Origin: a virus
Lineage: Duplodnaviria > Caudoviricetes
DNA: 60,507 nucleotides
Direction: 5' to 3' (one strand)
IMG/VR virus record: IMGVR_UViG_3300030118_003585
Span: 1-60,507 of that record
Positions within the stretch are counted from its first letter, which is position 1, and each line of letters begins with the position of its first letter. A program made the translations under genes and the position numbers. Positions 15,810 to 26,437 of the stretch are shown one piece after another. The notes under the pieces are model-generated. The model was not told where the DNA came from, did not search any database, and was given only the letters and a program-made list of their open reading frames with translations.

Positions 15810-15842
15810 TATATTATATAAAGTAACTTGTATTTATTCTGT
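15810..15842 (-). promoter_or_regulatory. phage promoter motif copy
   Basis: Matches the 33-bp consensus. Confidence 0.7.
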
Positions 15843-15923
15843 TCACTCTACCGTTTTGCTATACATGCTATACACAGCAGGCCTTTCGACCCGCTGCGCT
15901 TCGCTCGCTAAGCAATGAGCTAC

Positions 15924-16172
15924 TTATTTAATAAGTAACTCTCTTGCGAATGTAGGAACATTGTTTGTAGCTGTATATGACTTATACTTTTTGAAGCAGT
16001 TCATATTATCAAACTTTGCTTTGTTAACTGAATAAACTTTATCATGATTGTATGTAAAAGTTTTATTGTCTTTATTTGTAAATTCAATTATTACATTTTT
16101 ACCAATTAGATTTTTTCTGATAACAAATCTTTTTGTTTTTAAAGTTTGAGTTTTATTATTATTATTTTTCAT
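15924..16172 (-). CDS. early protein, paralog of 15165-15401
   Basis: High similarity to the paralog; first gene of the minus-strand arm. Confidence 0.75.
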   Translation of the reverse strand: MKNNNNKTQTLKTKRFVIRKNLIGKNVIIEFTNKDNKTFTYNHDKVYSVNKAKFDNMNCFKKYKSYTATNNVPTFARELLIK

Positions 16173-16206
16173 ATTTATATTATTTAATTAATTTAAAATT
16201 TATATA

Positions 16207-16238
16207 TATATTATATAAAATACTTGTATTATTTCTGT
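16207..16238 (-). promoter_or_regulatory. phage promoter motif copy (first of the early arm)
   Basis: Matches the consensus, 1 bp shorter. Confidence 0.65.
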
Positions 16239-16453
16239 TTTCAGGCAGACTTGCTATACACAGTAATATAGTGTAAAGTAAAAAGGTAAAAGTTTATAGT
16301 AAAATTTAGTAATTTAGGGGGTGGTGGGGGTAAAAAAATATGTTTTGTGTTTTGTAGTATTTCTGTAAAATACAGGTATAACACTCAACTTCCCTATATC
16401 TTATGCTTAAAAAACACACTTAATAATTTAATTTTTTTTGTAATAATAAATAT

Positions 16454-16696
16454 ATGGCAAAACAGAAACTTAGTAAAAAAGCACGCATAGCTAAAAAGAA
16501 AAGAGATCTTGCTTTTGCATTAACTCCACGAAGACGTAAAATGAAAGCAGAAAACCAAAGAAAAAGGCGTGCAGCTAAGAAAAAAGGACTTAACATAAAA
16601 GGAAAAGACTACGACCACAATACCAATAGTTTTGTATCAGTTAAAAAGAACCGCAGTGGTCACGGTAGAGGTACAAAAAAATACAACACAAAATAA
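16454..16696 (+). CDS. small basic protein, possibly HNH-derived
   Basis: K/R-rich; KGKDYDH...NR motif. Confidence 0.65.
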   Translation: MAKQKLSKKARIAKKKRDLAFALTPRRRKMKAENQRKRRAAKKKGLNIKGKDYDHNTNSFVSVKKNRSGHGRGTKKYNTK

Positions 16697-16702
16697 ACAT
16701 GT

Positions 16703-19700
16703 ATGGCTAGAATAAGCAATTATGCTTTTGATACTAACGTAAATAGGCAAGATTTTGTTTTTGGTACTGATAGTTCAACTAACGGTACTAAGAACTTTAA
16801 ATTTGTAGATCTTACAGAGTTTTTTGCACAGCAACAAGAGATATTAGGCAATAAGTTTGCATATAAATATATTAGTGTATCTGATTATAGTAATCTTGCA
16901 GCTGCAGAATTAAGCTTTAATGTCACAACAAGTACTGTAAACTTTTCTGCAATAACAGATATTTACATATATAAGATCAACGCACACGCTGTAGATATAG
17001 AAGCTTATTTAACAGAAATAAAAACCGCAGGTGGTGCACTTACTATATTCAACGGTGCTCAAACTACATCATTTGGTGTATTTAAAATAACTAATATATC
17101 ATCGCATAGCACAAATGTATTAAGACTACAAGTAACAGTAATATCTAAAAATGGATCAATACAAGATAAAAATCTGGCAAATGTATCATTTATATCTCCA
17201 AGTAGCGCAAGTATATTCACAGGCGTAACAACTACAACATCTTCACAATTAACATTAACAAACCCTAACGGACCGGTTGCAACACTTGATATTGTAACAG
17301 GTGCCGTATCTAATAACGGGTCGGGCCTTGCTACGCAAGCGCAAATAAAAAGTTATGTTGATTCACAAATAACAGCACAAGATTTAGACTTCCAAGGTGA
17401 TTCAGGCGGTGCGTTAAACATTGATCTTGACTCTGAAACATTAACTATTACTGGTGGCAGCGGTGTATCTACAGCGGGTAGCGGTAATACTATTACTATT
17501 AATGTAGATCATGATGCAATAACTAATTTTGTAGCTAATGAACATGTTGACCATACAGCAGTGTCTATAACAGCTGGTAATGGTTTAACAGGCGGCGGAA
17601 CTATAGCTTCTACAAGAACAATAGATGTAGGTGAAGGTACAGGTATAACTGTTAGCGCAGATGCAATATCTACTAATGATAGCGAAATAGTTCATGATAA
17701 TTTAAGTGGATTTGTAGCTAATGAGCATATTGATCACAGCGCAGTAACATTAACTGCAGGAACAGGTTTATCAGGTGGTGGCGATATAACAGCTAATAGA
17801 ACATTTAATTTAGCTAACACGTCTGTAACCGCTGGATCATACGGTAGCGCAACAGCAATACCAACATTTACTGTAGATGCACAAGGTAGATTAACGGCTG
17901 CTGGTACTGCATCTATATCTACATCATTTACAATATCAGATGGCTCAACTACTGATTTAGTTAATACTAGCGAAACATTATCTTTTGTAGGAACTACAAA
18001 CGAAATAGAAACTGCAGTAACAAATAATCAAGTACAAATAGGTATTGTAACTAACCCAACATTAACTGGTAATACAACGGTAACAGGAAGTTTAGATGTT
18101 GCAGGAGTAATTAAATTTACTGGTGGCTATGTATTAGATTCAGTACACAGCTTGAGATTAGATTCTGCCGCAAGCCAACCAATTACATTTAGTGTAGCAG
18201 ATAGTGAAAAGATGCGTTTAACATCAACAGGTAATTTTGGTATTGGAACAACAACCCCGGCGTATAAAATTGATATATCAGGTAGTTTAAGAGCAACAGG
18301 CGAAAGTACATTTACATCTAATTTATTGTTTCCTGATAATTCTAGAATAAAACTAGGGACTGGCCAGGATCTAGAAATATTCCACGATGGCAATAGTGTT
18401 ATTAGAAATCAAACTGCTGACTTATTTATTGATAATTATGCTGATGATGGAGATATAAAATTTAGGACTGATGATGGCACTGGTTCTCAAACAGAATATA
18501 TGAGACTAGATGGAGGTTCAACAAACATTGTATTTAGTAAAGATTTATTCCTTAATGATAATGTTAATTTAGGTATGGGTAATGGTGGTGATTATGCACA
18601 ATTTCATGATGGCACCAATACTTATTTATCAAATGGCACTGGAGATTTTTATATAAGAAATCAAGCAGACGACAAAGATATTATATTTCAAGCTGATGAT
18701 GGTAGTGGAGGTAATACTGCTTATTTAAGATTAGATGGTTCTGACAGTATGATGAAGGCTCATAAGAAATTAAGATTTTTAGATACTGTTGAAGCTGCTT
18801 TTGGTAATAATGATGACCTAAAAATATATCACGATGGATCAAATTCTTATGTTTATGATGCAGGTACAGGCGAATTAAGATTGAATTCTGATAACGCAGT
18901 AAGAATAAGAAAACACGACAATGAAACTATGGCATTGTTTACTGTTAATGGTTCTGTTGACTTATATTACGACAATAGTAAAAAGTTTGGAACTACATCA
19001 GATGGAGTTACAATTACAGGTAGTCTAAGTGCTACTACTGAATCTTTTTTCTATGGTGGCTTTTTAGTAACAGATACAAAAATAGGTAAATTTGGAACAG
19101 GTGGAGATTTACAAATATTCCATAACGGTAGTAATTCATTTATAACAAATTTTACAGGTAATCTTACAATTACAAATGAAGCAAACGATAAAGATATTGT
19201 ATTTAAATCTGATGATGGATCTGGAGGGTTTACTGAATATTTAACTCTTGATGGAAGCGCTGAAAAAATATTGATGCATAAATCAACAGTTTTTACAGGT
19301 GGTGGTATGGATTATGGTGTTGACGGTACTGGTGCAGATGTTATATTTTACGGAGATACTGCTGGTAGAAATATGAAGTGGGATCAAAGCGAAGATCATT
19401 TATTATTTACGGATAATACTAAATTAAAACTTGGTACAGGTGGAGACTTAGAAATATATCACGATGGTAGTAATAGTAATTATATCAGATCTACAACTAG
19501 CGATATATATATTAGAAATGAAGGTGATAATGATAGAATATTTATTCAAGCTACAAATAGCAGCACGTTAGCCAACTATTTAACTATTGACGGTAATGTA
19601 GCACTAACAAAATTTCATAAAAACACAAAGCACACAGATAGTATAAAAGCTACTTTTGGCGATAGTTCAGACCTAGAAATATATCATAATGGGAATGATT

Positions 19701-22700
19701 CAGTTATTGATAATTTAACAGGTGACTTATATATTTCTAACAAGGCAGATGATAAAGATATTATATTTAGAGGCGATGATGGTAGTGGAGGATTTACTGA
19801 ATATCTTAGGCTAGATGGCAGTAATACGAATATGGTAGCGTCTAAAACTATTTTATTTTCTGATAATGTAAAAGCTAGTTTTGGTAATAATGAAGATTTA
19901 AGGATCGTACATAATGGAACAAATACAGAATTTAATAATTATAATGGAGGTGTAAATTTTGTTCAACACCAGACTGATGGTGATATGGCATTTTATGCTG
20001 ACGGTGGTTCTGGTTCTGCTGTAGAATATTTTAGGTTAGATGGTAGTCAAACATCTATCAGAATGAAACGTATTACTAAATGGGACGATAACATCAAGGC
20101 TACTTTTGGCGATAGTGGAGATTTAGAAATTTATCATGATGGCAGTAATAGTTATATTAACGAAACAGGTACAGGCGGTTTAAAAATACAAGCTAGAGAT
20201 GCTATAACATTAGAAGACGGCACTACAGGTGAAAATTATATTTATATGCAACGTGATGGTAAAGTTGAACTTTACTATGATGGTTCTGCTAAATTACAAA
20301 CTACAGCCGGCGGAATAGATATAACAGGAACACTAGATACTTCAGGCACTATTGTTTCTACAGGAGGTAATATTAGAGTTGGAAGTGATACTGGTAAGTT
20401 TTTAGCAGGAGCATCAAATGATTTACAAATATATCATGATGGTTCTAATAGTTATATTCAAGATGCAGGTACAGGAAGTTTAATTATTGAAGGCACTACA
20501 TCAACACAAATTAAAGGTAGCGTTTTTGTTATTTTAAGATCTTTAGCAGGTGAAAATATGCTTATTGGTAATGCAAATGGAAGTGTTGATTTATACTATG
20601 ACGCCGTTAAAAAATTAGAAACAACAAGTACAGGTGCAACTGTAACAGGAGACATATTAGCTACCGCTGGAAATATAACATTAGGAACAGATAGTGTTGC
20701 TGGTAACGTTTTAACACCAAGCGATGTTTTAGCATTTACAGTAGATTCAAATAGTAATACAAGCGGTACACCAAATATACAGTTTAAAGTTGGTTCAAGT
20801 GAAAAGATGCGTTTAACATCAGCAGGTAATTTAGGCATAGGCACAGCAAGCCCTAACAGAGAACTTCACGTCATAGGACAGGTTGCAATAGACAACTCAA
20901 CGTCTCCAACAGCAGGTTTTTTAATTACAGGCGATGGTACTTCCAATAAAATTTATTCAAGAGTTGCAAATAATAGTAGTACTGCACATGAATTAGAGTT
21001 TATATTAGGTTCAACTACTGCTTTAACAATATTTCCAGATTTAGCTGCAACTTTTGCAGGTAATGTTACAGTTGGGGGTAACCTAATTGTCAATGGTACA
21101 ACAACCACGTTAAATACACAAACAGTAGAAGTTGAAGATAATATATTACAATTAAACACAACTCAAGGATCACCAGATACAGCTACAGCAACCACATCTG
21201 GTATATCTGTATATAGAGGTAACGGTGTTACACAAGCAAGCTTTATATTTGACGACGCGGACGATACATGGGATTTATCAAATAATTTAGTTATAGAAAA
21301 CACAAGTTCTACTACAAATGATTCCGTTAGCGTATTAAATTTAAAAAGTTTATCTTCTGGTACAACCGCAAATGGCTTTGGTGTAGGTTTAGGGTTTTTT
21401 ACTGAAAACTCAACATATTCTACAGTTAATGAATTAGGTAGGATAGAAGTTGTAGAAACTTCGGAAGTTAATTTGCATGATAAAATGATTTTTTATGTTA
21501 AGCATAATAATGTGCTTGCTGAAAGATTAAATATAACTGGTACAGGTTCAAATTTTGCAAGCAGTGTAACAGCTAAATCTTCTGGATCAAACATAGATGA
21601 AATATCACTAATACATTCTGGTAATACTGTAAAAATAGCTTCATTAGGTCAAAGCTCCGGACACGGTAGTCTAACATTAAGGAATAATAGTGGCGTTGAA
21701 ACAATTTCTGCGTCAACAGATGGAACTGACAGTACAATAAATAATGGTACAGGAAACCTACTTATACAAAACACAGCTAATGATAAAGATATAATATTGA
21801 AGTCAGATGACGGATCGGGCGGAACTACAGAATATTTTAGGTTAGATGGTGGAAACACAAATATTATAGTTTCAAAAGAAATGAGGTTTGGTGATGGTGT
21901 TCAAGCGCAGTTTGGCGCAAGTAACAATCTACAAATACAACATAACAGTGCTAATGGCTCAATAACAAATGCAACAGGCGATTTAACAATACAAAACAGT
22001 GCGGATGATAAAGATATTATATTTAGAACTGATTCTGGCGATGGTGGTACGACTGAATATTTTAGATTAGATGGTAGTGCAGAAAGAAATGTAGCATCTA
22101 AAGAAATAAACCATATAGATAATGTTTATGCAACTTTTGGTACAGGTAGAGATTTAAGATTAATACATGATGGCTCTAATAGTTTCTTTGAAAGTTATAA
22201 TCATAATTTATATATAGATCAAAACTTCGATGATGGAGATATAGTATTTAGAAATGACAATGGTTCAGGCGGTAAAACTACTTATATGACTATTGATGGT
22301 GGAGATGAATTAGTTAAGTTTTCAAGGGGCACTAAACATGCTGACAACGTAAGGGCGCTTTTTGGTAGTGGTTCTGATTTAAATATTTATCATGATGGTA
22401 ATAATTCGATTATTGATAACAATGCAGGAGATATAATTTTAAGATGTGATAGTGATGACATAAAAATATTAGCAGAAGATGATATTGTATTAAGAGATAA
22501 TGATGATAGTACAAATTTTATACATTGTATCAATGGTGGTGCTGTGAAATTATATCATAATGGTAGCGAAAAGTTTGAAACACAAAATACAGGTGTAAAA
22601 GTAACAGGTAATATTACTGTATCATCAGGCGTTGCTATTTTTAATGATGGCAATGGAATAAACTTTGGAAATAGCGATGCAAAAATCTATGGTTCAACTG

Positions 22701-25700
22701 GTACTGGTATACAATTTAATGCAGGTGGTTCAGAAGCAATGCGTCTTAATCAATCTGGTAATTTAGGAATTGGAACAACCTCACCTACGTCGCGTTTAAC
22801 GGTAAAAAGCACTGCAGTTGCTTTAGCAAACCAACCATTAATAGTAGCTAATTTTGATGGAACAGGAACAGACGGTTTAGCATTAATATCTGTAGATCAT
22901 ACAACAGTTAGTACCGCTGCTGCTTTAGGTGCTGGTATAAGATTTAAAACAGGTGATGGAACAACTGGTTCTAACACAAAACCTGGTTATATATTTATGC
23001 AAGGTGCTGGTAATAGTGATATAAAATATATAGCGCCAAGAGCTCATGCTTTTTATGTCGATCATCATGATGATGACTTAACAGGCACAACTTATACTGA
23101 TTATGGTACTTTATCGTTAACATTAAATGAAAATGCTTCTGCAACTTTTGCAGGTAAAATTATTGGTCAAAAAGGTATAGAAATTACTGGTGGTACTATA
23201 GCAAGTTCAACAGCGGTATTACATACAAATAATGTCATTTATTTTAGAGGCGGTAGTAATGGTTTGTTTTTACAAAATTCAGATGGTAGTGATGGTATTT
23301 TTATTGCAAATGATCACATTAAATTTGAAACAGGGAGTTCAGAAAGAATCCGTATTAATTCTTCAGGAAATGTTGGTATTGGAACGACAAGCCCTTCAGG
23401 CGCTTTACACGTGTATAATGGAACATCAGAAAGATTTTTAATTACTGGAGATGTACACGTTCAAGGTTCAACTGATTTAAATATTAATGGAACAAGTAGA
23501 CGATTAAGTTTTACAGCTGGAAGTGGTACAATAAGAACTACAACTGGTAATAGTTTAATACTACAAACAGACAACACTGATGGAATTGTAATTGATGGTT
23601 CTACACAAAAAGTGGGAATAGGAACTGCATCGCCTCAAAATAATTTACATATCTTTAGTGCCGGCAATGCAGAATTAGTATTAGAGCGCAATAGTGGAGC
23701 CGAAATATTACTGCAAGCTCAATCATCAGCAGGTGTAGTAGGAACTCAAACAAATAATGATTTAGATTTAAAAACTAATTCTACTACTAGGATAAGAATA
23801 AAAAATAATGGTAAGGTAGGTATCGGAACAACTTCACCGGGCTCTGAATTACATATAAAACAGGGAGATGACAGCGGTTTTGACGGCGGTTTAACTATTG
23901 AAAGAAGCGCTAATACACAAAAAGTTCATATAGGCATGGATGGTGGTGCTGTTAATTTTAACAGCCCTGATGGTTTAAGTTATAAATTTAGAAATAATAG
24001 TACAGAAAAATTTACTATAGATGGTTCAGGCAATGTAACAGCAAGTGGGTCTAGTAGTTCTTTTGGTACAGGTAATAGCGGTACTTTTATTACAAGCGAT
24101 ACAAATAACTATCCAAGAATTACAATACATCAAGCTAGTGCTCAATTAGGATTATTTAGATCAGGTAATGCTGTTGGAGGTATGTATATAGGCGGTAATG
24201 AAACTGGTTTCCGTATATTTACAGACTCTTTTGCCGAAAAATTTCATTTAGATCAAAGCGGTAATGGAACCTTTGCAGGTTCTGTTTTTACACAATTTAT
24301 AAAAAGTAACTCATCAGTTAGGATTGATATTGATAGCGATAATAACCAAACAGATAGATCATTTTTAATTAGCAAAGACAACGCTGGTACTGAATTGATG
24401 AGAGTTAATGAAGATGGGACTGTTGGTATTGGAACAAGTTCACCTCAAGCTTTATTACACCTTACAGGTACTGGATTACAAGGAGTGCAAGCTTGGTTTG
24501 GTAATGGATTTATAAATAATTCAAATTACCATTATGATTTTGCTAGAGTTGGTTTTTCTGTTCAAGCTACAGATGGTTCTGATACAGGCGCAGGATTTCA
24601 TTTTAATACAAGAAATACAGCAAACAGCAACTGGATGCACGGATATATATATCAACCTCAAAACGGAGGTATAGCGTTTGGTACAGGTGGTGCTGGAACT
24701 ACCTTAGCAACAGAAAAAATGCGCTTAACATCAACAGGTAGTTTAGGAATCGGAACTTCATCTCCTGCTCAAAAATTAGATGTTGAAGGTAACACTAAAT
24801 TAGATTTCAGTTTAATTGGTAGAGGTTTTAGGTCAGCAAATAGAGGTGAATTACATTTAAATGCAACCGGCGCAGATGATGTTGCTGAAATGTTTTTTGG
24901 TCATGGTTCTGGTCATACTGAAGGAAATATTAGATGGGGTATTTCAGACAGAGGTAATTCTAATGGTCAATTACACATTTATCAGGGTCCAGCTTTAGGT
25001 GGTTTTCATCCATTAATGACGTTTAAATCAAGTAACGATTGTGTTGGGATTAATGTAACAGCACCTACTATAAGATTAGATGTTAATGCAGACGCGAGTG
25101 ATAGTGTCGCAAGGTTTACATCAACAGATTCAAATGCAAGAATATTAATTGCAGACGTTGATGATACAATGTACGTAGGTACACAATCAAATAAATTTTA
25201 TATAGGTGCTAACGATAGTGCAACATCTGGTAATTTAATTATTGATACTTCTGGAAACGTAGGAATCGCAACTACTTCGCCTTTGCATAATTTACAAATA
25301 GGTACAGCAGCTACAAACGGTAGTTATTCAATGATGATAGAAGGTAATTTTGGTAATGATGCGTTAGCTTCTAATCCTAGATTAAATTTAATTGACACTA
25401 ATTTTGGAATTACAGCTGGAAAATATGGTAGTGGAACATCAAATGATGCATTAGGAATTTTTGCATATCAAGGCAGTGGAAGAGGTATAATATTTGGCCA
25501 TACAACAGCAGGCACAACTACACATTTAAAAGATATGCGCCATGATATGTTTATAGATGGCGGAGATGGTGATATAGGTATCGGAACGACTACGCCTAGT
25601 ACTAAGCTACACGTGTACGGAACTTTTGATCCTGACGACGCTTTAGGTTATGTTCATATAGAAAATGCTAGTACAACATCGGGCAACCAATCAACAAACG

Positions 25701-26437
25701 CAGCACTAACTATTAAAAACCATCACGGCACGTCTCAATTTATGCAATGGGAAGAAAATGGTTTAAGAATTGGTAGTAGAATTACAACAAATTCTGGAGC
25801 TGGAGATGTTTATTTTACAGCTGGAGCAGATAGTGTTAAAATGGTTTTAAAAGCCTCAGGAAATGTAGGAATCGGAGAAACAAATCCTGATAATAAACTT
25901 CATATTAAAGGCGGCTCAACTACTAGGTTAAAAATAGAAAGTTCTGGTTCTAATACAGGTGTTTTATTAACTGAAAATGGTTCAGATAAATGGAGTGTAG
26001 CAAGTGTTTCTGGTGGTTCTTTTCAATTATTTTCTGAAGCCGCATCTACAACTAGATTTGCTATTGATACTTCAGGTAATGTAGGAATTGGAAATACAAG
26101 CCCATCACAAAAACTTCACGTTACAGGTTCTATATTAGCATCAAGTGATGTTGTAGCTTTTTCAGATAAAAAATTAAAAGAAAATATTAAAACTTTAGAT
26201 GGTTCTAAAGTATATGATATGCGCGGTGTTAGCTTTACTAGAAAAGATACTGGTAAAGATAGTAGCGGTGTTATAGCGCAAGAGATACAAAAAATAGCAC
26301 CAGAATTAGTAACTGATAATGATGGTACATTAAGTGTTGCATACGGTAACCTTACTGGATATTTAATTGAAGCAGTTAAAGAGTTAAAAGCTGAAATAGA
26401 AGAACTTAAAAAACATAGTTGTGATTGTAAAAAATAA
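16703..26437 (+). CDS. giant tail fibre with C-terminal peptidase S74 intramolecular chaperone
   Basis: 3244 aa; repeated DLEIYHDGSNS / DKDIIF-x-x-DDGSGG and GNVGIGTTSP modules; SDKKLKENIK...GVIAQE...LIEAVKEL terminus. Confidence 0.9.
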   Translation: MARISNYAFDTNVNRQDFVFGTDSSTNGTKNFKFVDLTEFFAQQQEILGNKFAYKYISVSDYSNLAAAELSFNVTTSTVNFSAITDIYIYKINAHAVDIEAYLTEIKTAGGALTIFNGAQTTSFGVFKITNISSHSTNVLRLQVTVISKNGSIQDKNLANVSFISPSSASIFTGVTTTTSSQLTLTNPNGPVATLDIVTGAVSNNGSGLATQAQIKSYVDSQITAQDLDFQGDSGGALNIDLDSETLTITGGSGVSTAGSGNTITINVDHDAITNFVANEHVDHTAVSITAGNGLTGGGTIASTRTIDVGEGTGITVSADAISTNDSEIVHDNLSGFVANEHIDHSAVTLTAGTGLSGGGDITANRTFNLANTSVTAGSYGSATAIPTFTVDAQGRLTAAGTASISTSFTISDGSTTDLVNTSETLSFVGTTNEIETAVTNNQVQIGIVTNPTLTGNTTVTGSLDVAGVIKFTGGYVLDSVHSLRLDSAASQPITFSVADSEKMRLTSTGNFGIGTTTPAYKIDISGSLRATGESTFTSNLLFPDNSRIKLGTGQDLEIFHDGNSVIRNQTADLFIDNYADDGDIKFRTDDGTGSQTEYMRLDGGSTNIVFSKDLFLNDNVNLGMGNGGDYAQFHDGTNTYLSNGTGDFYIRNQADDKDIIFQADDGSGGNTAYLRLDGSDSMMKAHKKLRFLDTVEAAFGNNDDLKIYHDGSNSYVYDAGTGELRLNSDNAVRIRKHDNETMALFTVNGSVDLYYDNSKKFGTTSDGVTITGSLSATTESFFYGGFLVTDTKIGKFGTGGDLQIFHNGSNSFITNFTGNLTITNEANDKDIVFKSDDGSGGFTEYLTLDGSAEKILMHKSTVFTGGGMDYGVDGTGADVIFYGDTAGRNMKWDQSEDHLLFTDNTKLKLGTGGDLEIYHDGSNSNYIRSTTSDIYIRNEGDNDRIFIQATNSSTLANYLTIDGNVALTKFHKNTKHTDSIKATFGDSSDLEIYHNGNDSVIDNLTGDLYISNKADDKDIIFRGDDGSGGFTEYLRLDGSNTNMVASKTILFSDNVKASFGNNEDLRIVHNGTNTEFNNYNGGVNFVQHQTDGDMAFYADGGSGSAVEYFRLDGSQTSIRMKRITKWDDNIKATFGDSGDLEIYHDGSNSYINETGTGGLKIQARDAITLEDGTTGENYIYMQRDGKVELYYDGSAKLQTTAGGIDITGTLDTSGTIVSTGGNIRVGSDTGKFLAGASNDLQIYHDGSNSYIQDAGTGSLIIEGTTSTQIKGSVFVILRSLAGENMLIGNANGSVDLYYDAVKKLETTSTGATVTGDILATAGNITLGTDSVAGNVLTPSDVLAFTVDSNSNTSGTPNIQFKVGSSEKMRLTSAGNLGIGTASPNRELHVIGQVAIDNSTSPTAGFLITGDGTSNKIYSRVANNSSTAHELEFILGSTTALTIFPDLAATFAGNVTVGGNLIVNGTTTTLNTQTVEVEDNILQLNTTQGSPDTATATTSGISVYRGNGVTQASFIFDDADDTWDLSNNLVIENTSSTTNDSVSVLNLKSLSSGTTANGFGVGLGFFTENSTYSTVNELGRIEVVETSEVNLHDKMIFYVKHNNVLAERLNITGTGSNFASSVTAKSSGSNIDEISLIHSGNTVKIASLGQSSGHGSLTLRNNSGVETISASTDGTDSTINNGTGNLLIQNTANDKDIILKSDDGSGGTTEYFRLDGGNTNIIVSKEMRFGDGVQAQFGASNNLQIQHNSANGSITNATGDLTIQNSADDKDIIFRTDSGDGGTTEYFRLDGSAERNVASKEINHIDNVYATFGTGRDLRLIHDGSNSFFESYNHNLYIDQNFDDGDIVFRNDNGSGGKTTYMTIDGGDELVKFSRGTKHADNVRALFGSGSDLNIYHDGNNSIIDNNAGDIILRCDSDDIKILAEDDIVLRDNDDSTNFIHCINGGAVKLYHNGSEKFETQNTGVKVTGNITVSSGVAIFNDGNGINFGNSDAKIYGSTGTGIQFNAGGSEAMRLNQSGNLGIGTTSPTSRLTVKSTAVALANQPLIVANFDGTGTDGLALISVDHTTVSTAAALGAGIRFKTGDGTTGSNTKPGYIFMQGAGNSDIKYIAPRAHAFYVDHHDDDLTGTTYTDYGTLSLTLNENASATFAGKIIGQKGIEITGGTIASSTAVLHTNNVIYFRGGSNGLFLQNSDGSDGIFIANDHIKFETGSSERIRINSSGNVGIGTTSPSGALHVYNGTSERFLITGDVHVQGSTDLNINGTSRRLSFTAGSGTIRTTTGNSLILQTDNTDGIVIDGSTQKVGIGTASPQNNLHIFSAGNAELVLERNSGAEILLQAQSSAGVVGTQTNNDLDLKTNSTTRIRIKNNGKVGIGTTSPGSELHIKQGDDSGFDGGLTIERSANTQKVHIGMDGGAVNFNSPDGLSYKFRNNSTEKFTIDGSGNVTASGSSSSFGTGNSGTFITSDTNNYPRITIHQASAQLGLFRSGNAVGGMYIGGNETGFRIFTDSFAEKFHLDQSGNGTFAGSVFTQFIKSNSSVRIDIDSDNNQTDRSFLISKDNAGTELMRVNEDGTVGIGTSSPQALLHLTGTGLQGVQAWFGNGFINNSNYHYDFARVGFSVQATDGSDTGAGFHFNTRNTANSNWMHGYIYQPQNGGIAFGTGGAGTTLATEKMRLTSTGSLGIGTSSPAQKLDVEGNTKLDFSLIGRGFRSANRGELHLNATGADDVAEMFFGHGSGHTEGNIRWGISDRGNSNGQLHIYQGPALGGFHPLMTFKSSNDCVGINVTAPTIRLDVNADASDSVARFTSTDSNARILIADVDDTMYVGTQSNKFYIGANDSATSGNLIIDTSGNVGIATTSPLHNLQIGTAATNGSYSMMIEGNFGNDALASNPRLNLIDTNFGITAGKYGSGTSNDALGIFAYQGSGRGIIFGHTTAGTTTHLKDMRHDMFIDGGDGDIGIGTTTPSTKLHVYGTFDPDDALGYVHIENASTTSGNQSTNAALTIKNHHGTSQFMQWEENGLRIGSRITTNSGAGDVYFTAGADSVKMVLKASGNVGIGETNPDNKLHIKGGSTTRLKIESSGSNTGVLLTENGSDKWSVASVSGGSFQLFSEAASTTRFAIDTSGNVGIGNTSPSQKLHVTGSILASSDVVAFSDKKLKENIKTLDGSKVYDMRGVSFTRKDTGKDSSGVIAQEIQKIAPELVTDNDGTLSVAYGNLTGYLIEAVKELKAEIEELKKHSCDCKK

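Larger units (their letters stand above)
15113..16260. repeat. TGCTATACA 9-mer repeats (tandem pairs at 15113, 15476, 15857; single at 16252)
   Basis: Exact repeats in intergenic gaps; further copies at 8623 and inverted at 4574, 11601, 13217. Confidence 0.75.

Noticed and set aside
15875-15922. Hammerhead ribozyme (GAAA-containing hairpin)
   Set aside because: No CUGANGA core; GAAA is simply a tetraloop
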